Part shown: one piece after another, positions 50,164-63,629 of the stretch
Layout: each line of letters starts with the position of its first letter
Position numbering within the stretch: position 1 is the first letter of the stretch
NCBI RefSeq assembly: GCF_036588685.1
Contig: NC_086382.1
Coordinates: forward strand, 44,206,001 to 44,270,000
Length of the DNA stretch: 64,000 nt
Reading direction: 5' to 3'
DNA from: Mytilus trossulus
Taxonomy: Eukaryota
Translations under genes and position numbers: made by a program
Notes under the pieces: generated by a model
The model's database searches: none
What the model was told of the DNA's origin: nothing
The model's input: only the letters and a program-made list of their open reading frames with translations

Positions 50164-53100
50164 ACATGCAAATAAAGTCAATATAATGTAGGTTTCTGAT
50201 AACATCTTCAGTTCTCAAGCAGGTTTTGAAAATAGACATTGCTTTTGAAACAAAAACATCTGGAAAATCAAGTCGCGTAAAAAACAAAAAACAACAACAA
50301 GAAAACAAACAAACAACGACACAAGATAAAAAAAAATAAAAAATAGATAAACAGGACACGTAAATTGAGATCAGTGTATGACCACAAAGTTGTCGAATGG
50401 ACATTTAATATTTAGTTTGCTAAAAGGTTAACTTCATAATCGAGGAAATTCATAAGTGGTCAATATTGGCCATAAAAAAATCCAGTTTACATATATAAAA
50501 ATAATTATAAAATCAATGAATAGTAGTTCCAGATTTTTTTTATAAGTGGGTACCTGACTAAGAGGAGGCCCGCTCCAGTCATACTTTAGTGATTCCATAA
50601 ACATTTTTTTTCGACAAAAGGGTGGACCAGGCACTGAGCAACACAAAAAATACTAAAAAAAATAAGCATTGAGTAGCACAAAACACTTCGCAGAATATGT
50701 ACTCTCAGTGGTAGCTCTTTGGAAATGTTTAATTATTCACATCTGCTTAACACTTTAACATGTATTATAGTTAATGTCCCGATTCAGATTGAACGCGTTC
50801 TTATTTTAATCCATAAAAAATATTCCCCTTTTAGTATGAGCACACTACCTTATATAACGCACAAACAAGACATTATCAATCGACTTTTTGTTTAGTTTCC
50901 TTTGGTACATGACATCGGACTTCTTTCTGTACTGTGCGTATGGTTGTGTGTTTTTTTTCTATATTGGGTAGAGGTTTTATGGGGAGGGTTGAGATATCCA
51001 AAAAACATGTTAAACCTCGTCGCATGTTTTCGCCTTTCCTTAGTCAGAAGCCTCTGGCCTTGACCTCACGTTTCAGCTAGCAAGCAAGCTAACCAAGGAT
51101 ATTACATTTACCTACACATTCAATGCAATCGGCTGTAAGTTATTTTAACTTACTTTGGGTATATTGTATCTTTTATCATTCTTTTTTTACGGCATATTGA
51201 TAATTGTTAAATGAACCTGCGATCTTTTATACTTGTAGCTAAATTGTAAGCTTTTTCATGTTCTTTTGACTTTTTTAAAAGATTTATGGAGTTAAGTTTT
51301 TCGGTCTATATGCAAACAAAATAGCTTGATTACTTGTCCATGAAGTTCAGGGACTTGTCTTTTACTGCATTTATAAGGAATTTGGTGCCAACGTCAGATA
51401 TTTGAGTCTCTTAAATCTCTTCACCCATGTCCAGACTCAGGACATTAAGTTGTACGTATTGTGCGAACGCTTACTTGTAAATCACCGTATGTTGACAGCT
51501 ATACTAAACTATAGAGTGTTAATCTAGATGTATGTCCGGTTTTGAGTTGATATCTAACAATTGATGCCAATTTTCACCACACACAGAAAACTTTAAAAGT
51601 TTAACTATAGCCGAAGAGTGATATTAGTATACCTTTACAGCAGATTTCAATGAGTATGTAGCTAAAGGTAATATCTTTGGTTAGCTTGCTTGTTAGCTGA
51701 ACCGTGAAGTCATTGTTAGGTTAGGTAAGCTATCCTCCTTTAATAGTAGACTAGCCCAACAGATAACCAATGTATCTCTTTGTAGGACTAAACTGCTTTA
51801 AAAGGAGGGTAGTATACCTTATCAAACAATGACTTCACGGTTCAGCTAACAAGCAAGCTAACCAAAGATATTACCATTAGCTACATACTCACTGAAATCT
51901 GCTGTAACATAAATTTGATATACATATTCCTTTTATCTGTTAGCTACTGAAATATCTTAAATGAGATGTCTTATCTGTTTTAGCTTTATTCAACGTTGGG
52001 AGCTTAGGATTGACAATTGGCATTCCAGAATACAACGACAAACTAGTAAACAGACAAACAACTACGAACAATTTTCTCTCTCGAACATGTACATCCCTAA
52101 CAAACCTAAATAGACCTCAGAGTTTACACGCGCCTATGAAGAATAAAGTCCGGCCTCCTGGGTCAGTCGGACATAGAAGTATGCCATGAGAGTTTTGTTG
52201 ACTTGCCTTTTATGATAGAATGACAGTTTTCGGAAAGGATAGAAATGAACCTTATTTTATTCTGTTATTACGTAAAAATGTTGATCATATTAGACAAAGA
52301 TTATTTTCTTGGCAAAACAAAATGTTTGAAAATCTATTTGATATTGGTAGGACTGTTCATGTATTGTTTAATATTAAATTTACTTGTTATTCATTATTTG
52401 TCAACAAGTTATGTCTGTTTTTAATGTATCTCTAAATGGTAAATATTTGACAAATCTGCAAGTTCGTCGGATGACATAGGATTAAAAAAAGGGTTCACAT
52501 CACAAAGTTCTTTTGAAGTTCAACTTCCAATGCTATATCTGAAAAGTTGAGGTAGAGAATTTCGGAAATTCCCTCTGCATGTTTCCGGGACATCATGACA
52601 ACTTCCTGCATTTCTAAATTAACAAACATATCTGAAGTTTTTTTCTGAACTCAGCGGGATTTTAAAACATGTTTCATAACAGACATATTACAAAATATTA
52701 GAGAACTTATTTTACACCACAGCGCACAATAAGAAAGATTTCAAGTGAAACGAAATTTAAACTATTGATTTTCTTATCTTTAACCATTAACTGGAACAAA
52801 TTAACCATACCATTCAATTGGGTGTTAATTTTCGTGTCGAATATATAGAAGTATTGCAATTATTTTCTATATATTATTTATATGTTATACAATACTTGGT
52901 TATGTTTTATGAATATTTAAAGCCCGAGGCGAGCTTGCTAAATCTCCCGTAGTTGTCCGTTCACTCTGATCATTTACATATTTTGCAAAAATAATAAAAA
53001 TAATTTCATAACAAAATAATAGAATAATATTTCATATTAAAAATATTTAAAAAAAAACCAATGTTGTGTTGGATCATATGGAATAAATTGTCTATAATTA

Positions 53101-53273
53101 ATTGTTCTGTTTAAATGATTCAATGAAAAAGAAACGTATAATATGAATAAAGCTAGGCAGTCTAGTCATCAAGATTAATACAACAAACAAGAGGTGAACA
53201 TTTGAATATATATACATGGGAGGTGGATTTTGAGAGTGAATAACTTGATATAGATATATATATAGATATATAT

Positions 53274-53738
53274 ATGTTTAGACGAGTTGTATATACATTA
53301 TGTACACAGCCATGTATCACCATCATTGATGGCGATCCGATGGATACATCTATTGTAGGGTTGTCACTGACTCAGACGTACTTATGAATATAATTATTTT
53401 CTGTGACTGTATCTTACATTAATTTGTAGGATCCTTTACTATAGATAATTTAGCTGATCTGTAACAATAACACCTTCATGCCTTATATATCATGTACTGT
53501 AGTACGCCGCTAGATTAAAACTGACGTGGAAAGGTAACATATGGCCACCGAAAGCTCTTTTTTTGAGAGCCCAGGTGGTCGTGTGGTCTAGCGGGACGGC
53601 TGCAGTGCAGGCGATTTGGTGTCACGATATCACAGTAGCATGGGTTCGAATCCCGGCGAGGGAAGAACCAAAAAAATTTGCGAAAGCAAATTTACAGATC
53701 TAACATTGTTGGGTTGATGTTTAGACGAGTTGTATATA
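53274..53738 (+). mobile_element. 443-bp circularly permuted unit with tRNA-type A/B boxes, inserted in (TA)n
   Basis: 22-bp terminal redundancy ATGTTTAGACGAGTTGTATATA (53274-53295, 53717-53738); A box TGGTCGTGTGG at 53576; B box GGTTCGAATCC at 53643. Confidence 0.8.
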
Positions 53739-53764
53739 TATATATATATATATATAGCTTTAGG

Positions 53765-54010
53765 AGTCTCTGGCCTTTGTTAGTCTTGTATTATTTTAAT
53801 TTTAGTTTCTTGTGTACAATTTGGAAATTAGTATAGCGTTCATTATCACTGAACTAGTATATATTTGTTTAGGGGCCAGCTGAAGGAAGCCTCCGGGTGC
53901 GGGAATTTCTCGCTACATTGAAGACCTGTTGGTGACCTTCTGCTGTTGTTGTTTTATTTGGTCGGGTTGTTGTCTCTTTGACACATTCCCCATTTCCATT
54001 CTCAATTTTA
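53765..54010 (-). repeat. Interspersed repeat (GAATGGAAATGGGGAATGTGTC family)
   Basis: Copy at ~13347-13508 (+) and a diverged copy at ~31875-32105. Confidence 0.8.
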
Positions 54011-54849
54011 TATATAGACTTACACAAGATGGAAAAGTTAATTCTGTAACACAAAATGCAGGACAGAAATGGTAAGCAACAGATAAAAAAAAACATAACA
54101 GAAAAAAAACATCCGCCCATGTATATTGGTTCCCCTTTATGAAATAAAGCGTTGTTCTTCATGGTCCCCATGCAATTGCTTCACCCGCATAAACTGTATT
54201 GGAAAAAAGGTTAAAAATACATACATCAAAAAAGTTAGACAGCATACTATACAGTTATTATAACATTTTTATAAAGTAATTATATTATTCAATCCAACTT
54301 CAATTCTACCGAAGACATTTTTTTACCAAACACTGATTGTGTTTTAGGTATCTGTTGATTTTTAAAACAATATTAAAAATTAGAAAATACATATTTCCGT
54401 GTGAATCATGCGTGTTTCTGTAATAATTCTTTTTTGATGAATGTTTCACAATACTTTTAACTTCAACTAAACTCCTCTATGGAACTCCTTGCTCAAATTG
54501 AACAAAAATTGTCAGAGGACACCTTGTATGATTTTTAGCAATTTCACGTGTAATACCTATTACTATAAAATTTTGTAAACTAGAGGGATCATAGATACCT
54601 TATATAGTAACAATAATCAACAAGACCAGATCTGCATTTTAATTCAAACATAGTCGAAATTTGTTATCGTCTTCTTATGAGCGATTTTGACCTTGAATGA
54701 CGATTTTTACATATTTTTGTGTCCTTTTCGCAATAATTTTGTAAAGTATAATGAATAGAAAGAATGTTAAACAGCTAGAAACGTACACACTACTTCTTGT
54801 TATTACTCCTTATTATAGTTTTTGTCCATTGTTTACATTGGTGTCTATA

Positions 54850-56024
54850 GTAGATAAAGAACAGATCTTACGTCAACATGGCCGTGATTGTCAGTATAAA
54901 GAACAGATCTTACGTCAGCATGGCCGAGATTGTCAGTATAAAGAACAGATCTTACGTCAACATGGCCGTGATTGTCAGTATAAAGAACAAATCTTACGTG
55001 AACAGGGCCGTGATTGTCAGTATAAAGAACAAATCTTACGTCAACATGGCCGTGATTGTCAGTATAAAGAACAGATATTACGTCAACAGGGCCGTGATTG
55101 TCAGTATAAAGAACAGATATTACGTCAACAGGGCCGTGATTGTCAGTATAAAGAACAGATCTTACATCAGCATAGCCAAGATTGTCAGTATAAAGAACAG
55201 ATCTTACGTCAACATGGCCGAGATTGTCAGTATAAAGAACAGCACTACGTCAACATGGCCGAGATTGTCAGTATAAAGAACAGATCTTACGTCAACATGG
55301 CCGAGATTAACAGTATAAAGAACAGATTTTACGTCAACATGGCCGAGACTGTCAGTATCAAGAACAGATCTTACATCAACATGGCCGCGATTGTCAGTAT
55401 AAAGAATAGATCTTACGTCAACATGGCCGTGATTGTCAGTATAAGGAACAGATATAACATCAACATGGCCGAGATTGTCAGTATAAAGAACAGATCTTAC
55501 GTCAACATGGCCGTGATTGTCAGTATAAAGAACAGATCTTACATCAACATAGCCAAGATTGTCAGTATAAAGAACAGATCTTACGTCAACATGGCCGAGA
55601 TTGTCAGTATAAAGAACAGATCTTACGTCAACATGGTCGGGTTAACAGTATAAAGAACAGATTTTACGTCAACATGGCCGAGACTGTCAGTATAAAGAAC
55701 AGACCTTACGTCAACATGGCCGTGATTGTCAGTATAAAGAACAGATCTTACATCAACATGGCCGCGATTGTCAGTATAAAGAACAGATCTTACGTCAACA
55801 TGACCGAGATTGTCAGTATAAAGAACAGATCTTACATCAACATGGCCGAGATTGTCAGTATAAAGAACAGATCTTACGTCAACATGGCCGAGATTGTCAG
55901 TATAAAGAACAGATCTTACGCCAACATGGCCGAGATTGTCAGTATAAAGAACAGATCTTACGTCAACATGGCCGAGATGGTCAGTATAAAGAACAGATCT
56001 TACGTCAACATGGAGATTGTCAGT
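54850..56024. repeat. 42-bp minisatellite, ~28 copies
   Basis: Unit CAGTATAAAGAACAGATCTTACGTCAACATGGCCGWGATTGT. Confidence 0.95.
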
Positions 56025-56995
56025 AGACACCTTGTTGGAACTTAGCCTTTTAAGTAAAATGTCTTGCACTGCCAGAAAAATATTTTTGTAATTATGAAAC
56101 TATTTTGTATTGTGTGAGAGTGATCATTGTTGAAGGTGAACATTGATCCTGGTGAGCGCACAGTCTATATTGAACGCACAGTCTCTATCGAACATTTGAT
56201 TTTCAAACCTTTAAAACAAAATCACGCATCTGCTATACTGTGAACTGCGACAAGCATAATTATGTGTAGAAGGAGATTAAGAGAGAGAAATTCTCTCTTC
56301 GTCATATCTTTTCAAGTACTACATCCAATTAGAAATGCAAAAAAAAATATTCAACAGAACCATGAACTGACGAAATATTTGCCACTGGTCGTTAAGCAAC
56401 CAGCAATCTATAAATCGTTAACAGATCTTATATTCCAACATATTTTAACGATTTGTTGTTACAGAACTTTCTCAAAAGAAAAGGATGGTTGAACGATCAC
56501 AAACTTATTATATTTTTTTTTTATTCGGGAGCCTGTATTCTGGAGTGGTAGTCTTTGGTTGCTGTTCCTCGGAATTGTAAGAACAATGTTGTAAATAGAT
56601 ATAGGAAGATGTGGTGTGAGTGCCAATGAGACAACTCTCCGTCCAAATAACAATTTAAAAATTAAACCATTATAGGTTAAAGTACGGCCTTCAACACGGA
56701 GCCTTGGCTCACACCAAACAACAAGCTATAAAGGGCCCCAAAATTACTAGTGTAAAACCATTCAAACGGGAAAACCAACGGTTGTAAATGTTTGTTTTTC
56801 GTTGTAAATGACTATTCTATATTGTATGAAAGAATAAATTGCAAATTGCATTTATTACTGATCTATATTTCATTAAATATTGAATAAATGAAGGGTTAGA
56901 CAATCGGTTCATATTGAAACATGTTCATGTTCCTTCCAAAAGACAACGCCAAGACAGTTACAGAGTAGGCCCACTCCTGTGATAACCAGTTAAAT

Positions 56996-57523
56996 CTATC
57001 GTTGTTTTACCACATTCAGTCTTCTTCTGAAATCCTGTAATGAATCTGCAAGTTGACTTTTACGAATTGTACCCTTTGAACGAATGAAAACCTCATGATA
57101 CAACAAACTGTTAGTTATGACGTTTTTACTATGGGCTATTTTTGGGATCCAGAAGCGAGGGTACGAGTAGCAGCCATTTGCTGAAGATTTATTGTGATGA
57201 ACATATTTATATTCGCAATTAGGTAAAATATTACCGTATTTTCCACATAAGAAGACTTTCTTTTCGAATTGATTATTGTTATATAATTCCTCCTCTTTGA
57301 TGGTATCCAATTTACCTGCAGTTTTTATTCTTGAAGGTTGATTTTTCACTTCGAACCTTTTTCTTAATGGCTTCTTTACGTTGTTGTCCATGAATTCCGA
57401 AGTAGTTAGAGACAGACTATGTTTAGCAATTGCAGCTTTACTGACCTTCAGTTGCAGTTCCGGATGGTCAAAGCTTCTTAATTTTTGATATCTCAATTTT
57501 GAATAATCCTTTGTCGTGTACAT
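56996..57523 (-). CDS. Uncharacterised basic 175-aa protein, single coding exon
   Basis: ATG-started non-repetitive ORF; acceptor-like ACATTTACAG ending at 57561 upstream. No domain recognised. Confidence 0.55.
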   Translation of the reverse strand: MYTTKDYSKLRYQKLRSFDHPELQLKVSKAAIAKHSLSLTTSEFMDNNVKKPLRKRFEVKNQPSRIKTAGKLDTIKEEELYNNNQFEKKVFLCGKYGNILPNCEYKYVHHNKSSANGCYSYPRFWIPKIAHSKNVITNSLLYHEVFIRSKGTIRKSQLADSLQDFRRRLNVVKQR

Positions 57524-58778
57524 TCCGTTCTAACTCTTTTTTTTAAATATAGAATTTTAGCTGTAAATGTTAAATAGCAGATAATCGCTACACTTAAGGC
57601 GAAAGTACAACACGACGTAACTCACAATTATTTTAAAGATCCATTTTATCAGGCAGAAATGAGAGTAAGAAAAGTAAAACTTTCCAACACTATAGGACAT
57701 AATTTAAGTATAATAAATACTTGTTCGGTTTTATCAAATACATATGTATAGCTATAATATCCTTTTTCTTTTTGAAATTTAAATAAATGTTTGTCTATTA
57801 TATTGTAAGGTTTTGGGAAAGTTTATTTTCCCACATTTTAAGACGGGAATGTCCAGTAAAGACGTGTTAATAAATGCAAATAATATGTATTTACATATCG
57901 ATAAACACTAAGAAATCTGTGAAGAAAATGTACATATTTAAATTAAGTGTGAATATTGATCAATGTTTCATTAAAGTTCAATTACAAAGTTTAAAATATT
58001 GTTGACATTTCCCTTAATTCAAATAGTATGTTGATTTTCAGAAAATAAGAGATGTAAACAAGTAGATATAATGTACGATAATTAGGACTAAACAATAATT
58101 TTGCACCTGTCCTAAGTCAGGAATCTGATGTACAGTAGTTGTCGTTTGTTTATGTAATATATACGTGTTTCTCGTTTCTCGTTTTGTTTATATAGATTAG
58201 ACCGTTGGTTTTCCCGTTTGAATGGTTTTACACTAGTAATTTTGGGGCCCTTTATAGCTTGTTGTTCGGTGTGAGCCAAGGCTCCGTGTTGAAGGCCGTA
58301 CTTTAACCTATAATGGTTTAATTTTTAAATTGTTATTTGGATGGAGAGTTGTCTCATTGGCACTCACACCACATCTTCCTATATCTATTTATAGAGGAGG
58401 ATGACACGCTTTTTTGATTTGTGAAATCAGAGACAAATACTATATGTCTCTGGTGAAATGGAGTTTACAAAGTGGAGATGAAGGGTAAAAGGGGTAAAAT
58501 AAAGTAGAAATGAGGGATATTGGGAAAGGGAATAAAATGTGATATGTTTTAAAAAAACCTTTGTTCATTGCACACAAAAAAATCTTGAAGCTCATACTTT
58601 TCTCCTTTTAATTTTAATTAGGTCGAACTCAAAATTTTGAAAAAAATTATGTTCCAACTAAAATCGAAAAGCTTTTTCCCTTCATGTGTATTTGAAATAG
58701 ATATGTTATATTCAAAACCGGTTAATTATTTCAATCGATGCTACACTGCATGTAGTTTGAAATTTAAAAGAATAGTAA

Positions 58779-59229
58779 AATAAGAATGTGTCCAAAGTAC
58801 ACGGATGCCCCACTCGCACTATCATTTTCCATGTTCCATGGACCGTGAAATTGGGTAAAAATCTAATTTGGCATTAAAATTAGAAAGATCGTATAATAAT
58901 GTTGCGTCCTAAGTTTCAAGTTGATTGGACTTCAACTTCATCAAAAACTACCTTGACCAAAATCTTTAACCTGAAACTCCCACTTTCATATTCTATGTTC
59001 AGTTGACCGTAAAATTTGGGTCAAAAGTCTAATTTGACATTAAAATTAGAAAGATCATATTATAAGCAACAAGTGTACTAAGTTTCAAATTGATTGGACT
59101 TCAGCTTCATCAAAAACTACCATGACCAAAAACTTAAACCTGAAGCGGGACGAACGAACGAACGGACGGACGAAAGGGGCAACAGAGCATAAAACATAAT
59201 GCCCCTCTACTTTCGTAGGTGGGGCATAA
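58779..59229 (+). mobile_element. Helentron/HINE-like non-autonomous element
   Basis: Two internal core repeats, a (GAAC/GGAC)n microsatellite and a 3' hairpin GCCCC..GGGGC. Related copies at 59410-59628 (-), 12550-12930, 11580-11730, 24240-24390 and 1-110. Confidence 0.65.
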
Positions 59230-59994
59230 CAACAAGCCAAAAAAATTATAACTTCTATTTTTGCCGACATTTTTAAGATATCAACTTAACTGCATACTGT
59301 GTCATGATAGAATATAAATTTAATGCAGTTCGCTTGTCATGTTTTCGGACTTTTGTCAGATTATCCATTTGAATGCCTAAAAATATTTTCGCCATTGACC
59401 CTCATTTTTCTTTCATGTCCCATTTATGAGCATGATGTTTTCTTGTCTGTGTGTCCGTACGTTTGTCCGTTCGTCCGTATGTCCCGCTTCAGGTTATAGT
59501 TTTTGGCCGAGGTAGTTTTTGATGAAGTTGAAGTCCAAATTAGAGATTTTACCCCATTTTCACGGTCCACTGAACATAGAAAATGATAGTGCGGATGGGG
59601 CATCCGTGTACTCAGGACGCATTCTTGTTATACATCTTTTACATGTATAATGATAAGCCATCTGTAAAAGTTTTATATAATTTTAGTATTTTTTAATGGT
59701 TTTTGAGAACTTAAACTTGACAATGATAAAGCTATGAAAAGTCAAGAGAGAATAATTTCAATGGGAAATATATGAAAACAAGCACATTGACCTATACATT
59801 GGAGTTGCTCTTTTGATTCATTTATTAATCCCCGACGCAGACGCAGACGACAACATTATAGCATTATACGAACCCACAATTTGTTTTTTGCCATCGTAAA
59901 AAACCGAGTTACATCTTCAAACAACAACAAAAATAATACACGTATTGTTTCATATTAGTGTTGGATCATAAGCCGATAATCAAGATGCAGTTAT

Positions 59995-60360
59995 CTAGTT
60001 ATATCCATCCATTAATAAACCAAACATGATTGACTGGAAATAATTCCTTGAATTTTTATGCACATCACGTTTTCGACGGGAAGATTGATCAGTTTTGGTT
60101 TCTATGGTTCCGGTCACATGTTTGATAATTGTTACTTCCTCTTGAACAGTCACTATGGCAGTCATCACTCCTGGTTTAGTTACCAGATCTTCCCCGTATG
60201 GATCAGTTGTATTATCACCATCAAACAGATATCCGAAGTTATAGTAAACAAAAACAAGTACACATGCACTGACAACTGCTCCAGTTACTACCCCGGATCC
60301 GAAAAATTTGAATTTTGTTACAAACGGTCTCTCAGTGTCACTCATGAAAGGATGTGGCAT
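59995..60360 (-). CDS. 121-aa single-pass membrane protein with RRKR site
   Basis: Hydrophobic segment GVVTGAVVSACVLVFVYY; acceptor CTTTATTTTTATAG ending at 60384; AACAAC-ATG start context. Confidence 0.6.
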   Translation of the reverse strand: MPHPFMSDTERPFVTKFKFFGSGVVTGAVVSACVLVFVYYNFGYLFDGDNTTDPYGEDLVTKPGVMTAIVTVQEEVTIIKHVTGTIETKTDQSSRRKRDVHKNSRNYFQSIMFGLLMDGYN

Positions 60361-60714
60361 GTTGTTAAATTATTTTCAGGTTCCTATAAAAATAAAGTAT
60401 TTGGAATGAACAGAACTATAGACAGCTGGGTGGAAGAACGTTAAAGTGTGTCCAACAGAGAGTATTTCACGAAAATCAGGACGAAAACTTAATGTGGTAT
60501 GCATAGCAAAAGAATTTTTTGAAGTGTGTTTCTGGTGCATTTGTCAGAAAACAAACTTCACATAAAAGTCTGAATAAGCTTGTAAGTTAACTTAAGCTAC
60601 ATAGCTAACTTACTAGTTCAAATCATTTTCCTGTTAAACAGTTAAATCAAGGTTTGAGTTCTGTGTTTAAATTTTTTTGCCGTTTAGAAGTTAAATTCTA
60701 TATTGCTTTATTCT

Positions 60715-61612
60715 CTAAACCGACATTATCAAAATGCTTTATTTCCGGATCGGCAAACTTTTGTTATGTTCGGAGGACGCGTTTTTCAACAAACTATCAT
60801 TAGTCCTATGGGAACCAAGTGTGCCCATCTTCTTGTCACTTGTTCCTTTATTCTTATGAAGCCGACTGGCGACTTCATACATGAACTTCTTAGGAAAAAA
60901 GAAGAGAAGTTAGCAATATCCTTAAACTTTACTTTCCGCTATATAGATAATGTTCTCTCACTTAATAATTCAAAATTTGGTGGCTATGTTGAACGCATCT
61001 GATCTATCCCACCGAACAAGAGATAAAGGATACAATGGATACAGTTTAGTTTTCCTCATATCTTGGCTTACATCATCGATTGAAAACAAAACTTTACAAC
61101 ATAATGGATGTTATCTTCCCAATTGTGAACTTTCCATATCTATGTAGCAAATTCCAGCAACACCCGCATACGGAGTATATATCTCCCAATTGATACGATA
61201 TTTCAGGGCTTGTATTTTCTATCATGCTTTCCTAACAGGAAGATATACAAAAGAATTTCAACAGATGAAGTTGAAATCATCCCTTCGTAAATTGTACAGA
61301 CGCCATCACGAGTTGGTTGACCGTTATGGAATATCCGTTTCACATATGATATAGGTTATGTTCCTTATGTCGCCACTACAAACCCATTCCCTTTTCACGA
61401 ATTTGACTATTTAGCGGGTGTGTTATAACATGAGCCACACTCCGGGTGCCGAAGGTAGAGCCTTCCGAAGTACCTGAGATAACCCCCAGTTGTTAGTGGG
61501 GACCATGTTGCTTAGCATTTAGTTTTCTATGTTGTGTCTGATGTTCTTTTATTTGTCAGTTTATTTTTTTTATTTATGAGTTTGAATGTCTCTCTGGTAT
61601 CTTTCACCCTCT
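60715..61612 (+). mobile_element. Decayed Penelope-like RT fragment
   Basis: FGGRVFQQT, PMGTKCAHLL, LNFTFRYIDNVLSLNN, PIVNFP, PAYGVYISQLIRY; same family as 35010-35990. Confidence 0.75.
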
Positions 61613-63557
61613 TGTCCTAAATTATTGTGAAATCTAGCATTTTTAGATAAAATATCTTGAGCTGTTTTATTTTTTCAAATTTAAATCATTGAAATGACCG
61701 GTTACATACTTTTTGGGATCTTTTTAAGATTCCGATACTGAATTTTCTTTTCAAAATGATTTGAAACATGAACACAATATCTTTCAAAAATACTCACAAA
61801 TTATGACAACGTTCAATAATCAGTTACAGCTTCACTTAAAGACGTTTGGAAAAGGTTTAAAAGATTTTAAAAAACTTCTCTATGATAATCAATATTACAA
61901 GAAAATCTCTAAATATTTTAAAGAATAGGGATCATTTTACTCCATTTATCGATCAGATGGTATGTGGTAAAACAAAAAGGTTTGATACTTGGTGAATTTC
62001 TTGAAATAGATATCTAACTATTCTACATTATGCAGATTCAATATCTTATTAAAGTTTTCAGTCTTAGATGAATAATTTTTTTTATTAGTTGTTAGTGGCT
62101 TTGAACTAGCTGTCAGATTACTGCGAGTACTCTCAGGTCTGTTCATTGTGTCTTTTTGTGTCGGGATGAATAAGTAGCCGGCCACGTTCACTTGTATTTT
62201 TGTCCATCTAATGTGTTTTTTATAGTTTTGTCAAACTTAGGTTTTGGGTGTTTGTTGTTTGTTCTTTTGTGGTAGAGCTTTTTGAAGCAAGAGTGACAGG
62301 CAGATGCAGTGTGATTTTGACTGTATGATTTTCAGCTGTGACAAGATAATTATCTTGTTGACTGGAGTCTTTTGACAGGCCTGAAAATAGTCAAATCTGA
62401 TTTCTGAAGAATAGTCTTTATTTACTGCGTTCAATTTGAAAAAGTCATATATAATAACAATATTACATAATAAAATATTAAGCATAACAATGCAGTCAAT
62501 AAAACAGATACAATAATAATCATGGATTATTAATACTATGGATGGAACTGTGAAGTTTCTTACTATTTCACCTTAAACGGTGTGAACTCTAGAGCGTTTG
62601 ACTGGTTTCTAAATTGTGCAGCCTGACATGCATGGGACTTTGCAGTAAACAATTAAACAAATTATAAACTATTCATTTGTTCTCTTTTAACAACCAAATA
62701 TCTCTATAATAATAATGTCGACTTATTCTCAGAAACTTTTACTATTAAAACATGTATTTACAGTATAACATAGCTGAAGGCTATTATTTACAGAAAAGCA
62801 AACAGTTGTAAACAAATTTGCATATTAAGGGGAGATAACTGTGAAAGTTAAATCTTGGGACTGGGACTAGCTCATATACTAAAAATAAGAACATGGGGGA
62901 CTTTATACATATAGCATATAACACAATAAAGGAAGTTCAATAAACACATTTACTTTGAACAGGAAAACTATGTAAACAAACTGGGAATCTTATGAAATAA
63001 GAAAACAAGTGCAACACTGGGCTTTGCAATGGGATAAATAGAGAACATCAGTCTAATAGCTTCTAAGAGCTTTATGTTACCTAACGACTATGAGAACTAA
63101 TGCATAATGCTTTGAATAATAATGTTCTTACACCTACCATTGTTCATAAATAATGGGTAAACTGTAAATTGAGACATATAACTTGCTCATGAAATTGTCG
63201 CGGTAAAACTGGAGTTATCTCCCATATAAAAATTACTTCTGATGAAGCGTGTTCATTTTAGTCTAGTTTTGGCAACTAGTGTTCATTTACAAAAATACTT
63301 AATATGTTTGAAATTAATAAAAACTTTCAAAATATTAACTTGAAAAAGATATATACATATTTAAAATTGACCAACTGGTTTGGCGTCTTTCTCTAACTAT
63401 TGAAAATGATAATTTCTCTTAATAATAATAAATTGGCATAACTCATTGGAATGAGCATTTAGAACTTTTAAATATACATTGCAAAAATGAAATAAATACT
63501 TTGAATCTATAAAGAAATAGATTTTTAAAATAAAAATAAAACTTAGTTTTCACTTAC

Positions 63558-63629
63558 CTGAAAATAGTCAAATCTGATTTCTGAAGAATAGTCTTTATTT
63601 ACTGCGTTCAATTTGAAAAGTGACGCTTT
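63558..63629 (-). other. Candidate 72-nt exon of a gene continuing beyond the window
   Basis: TCTTTATTCACTAG acceptor and CAG|GTAAGT donor; only phase 0 is open (KASLFKLNAVNKDYSSEIRFDYFQ). Confidence 0.45.

Noticed and set aside
53568-53665. tRNA gene
   Set aside because: A and B boxes are present, but there is no convincing acceptor stem or cloverleaf and it lies inside a repeat unit.
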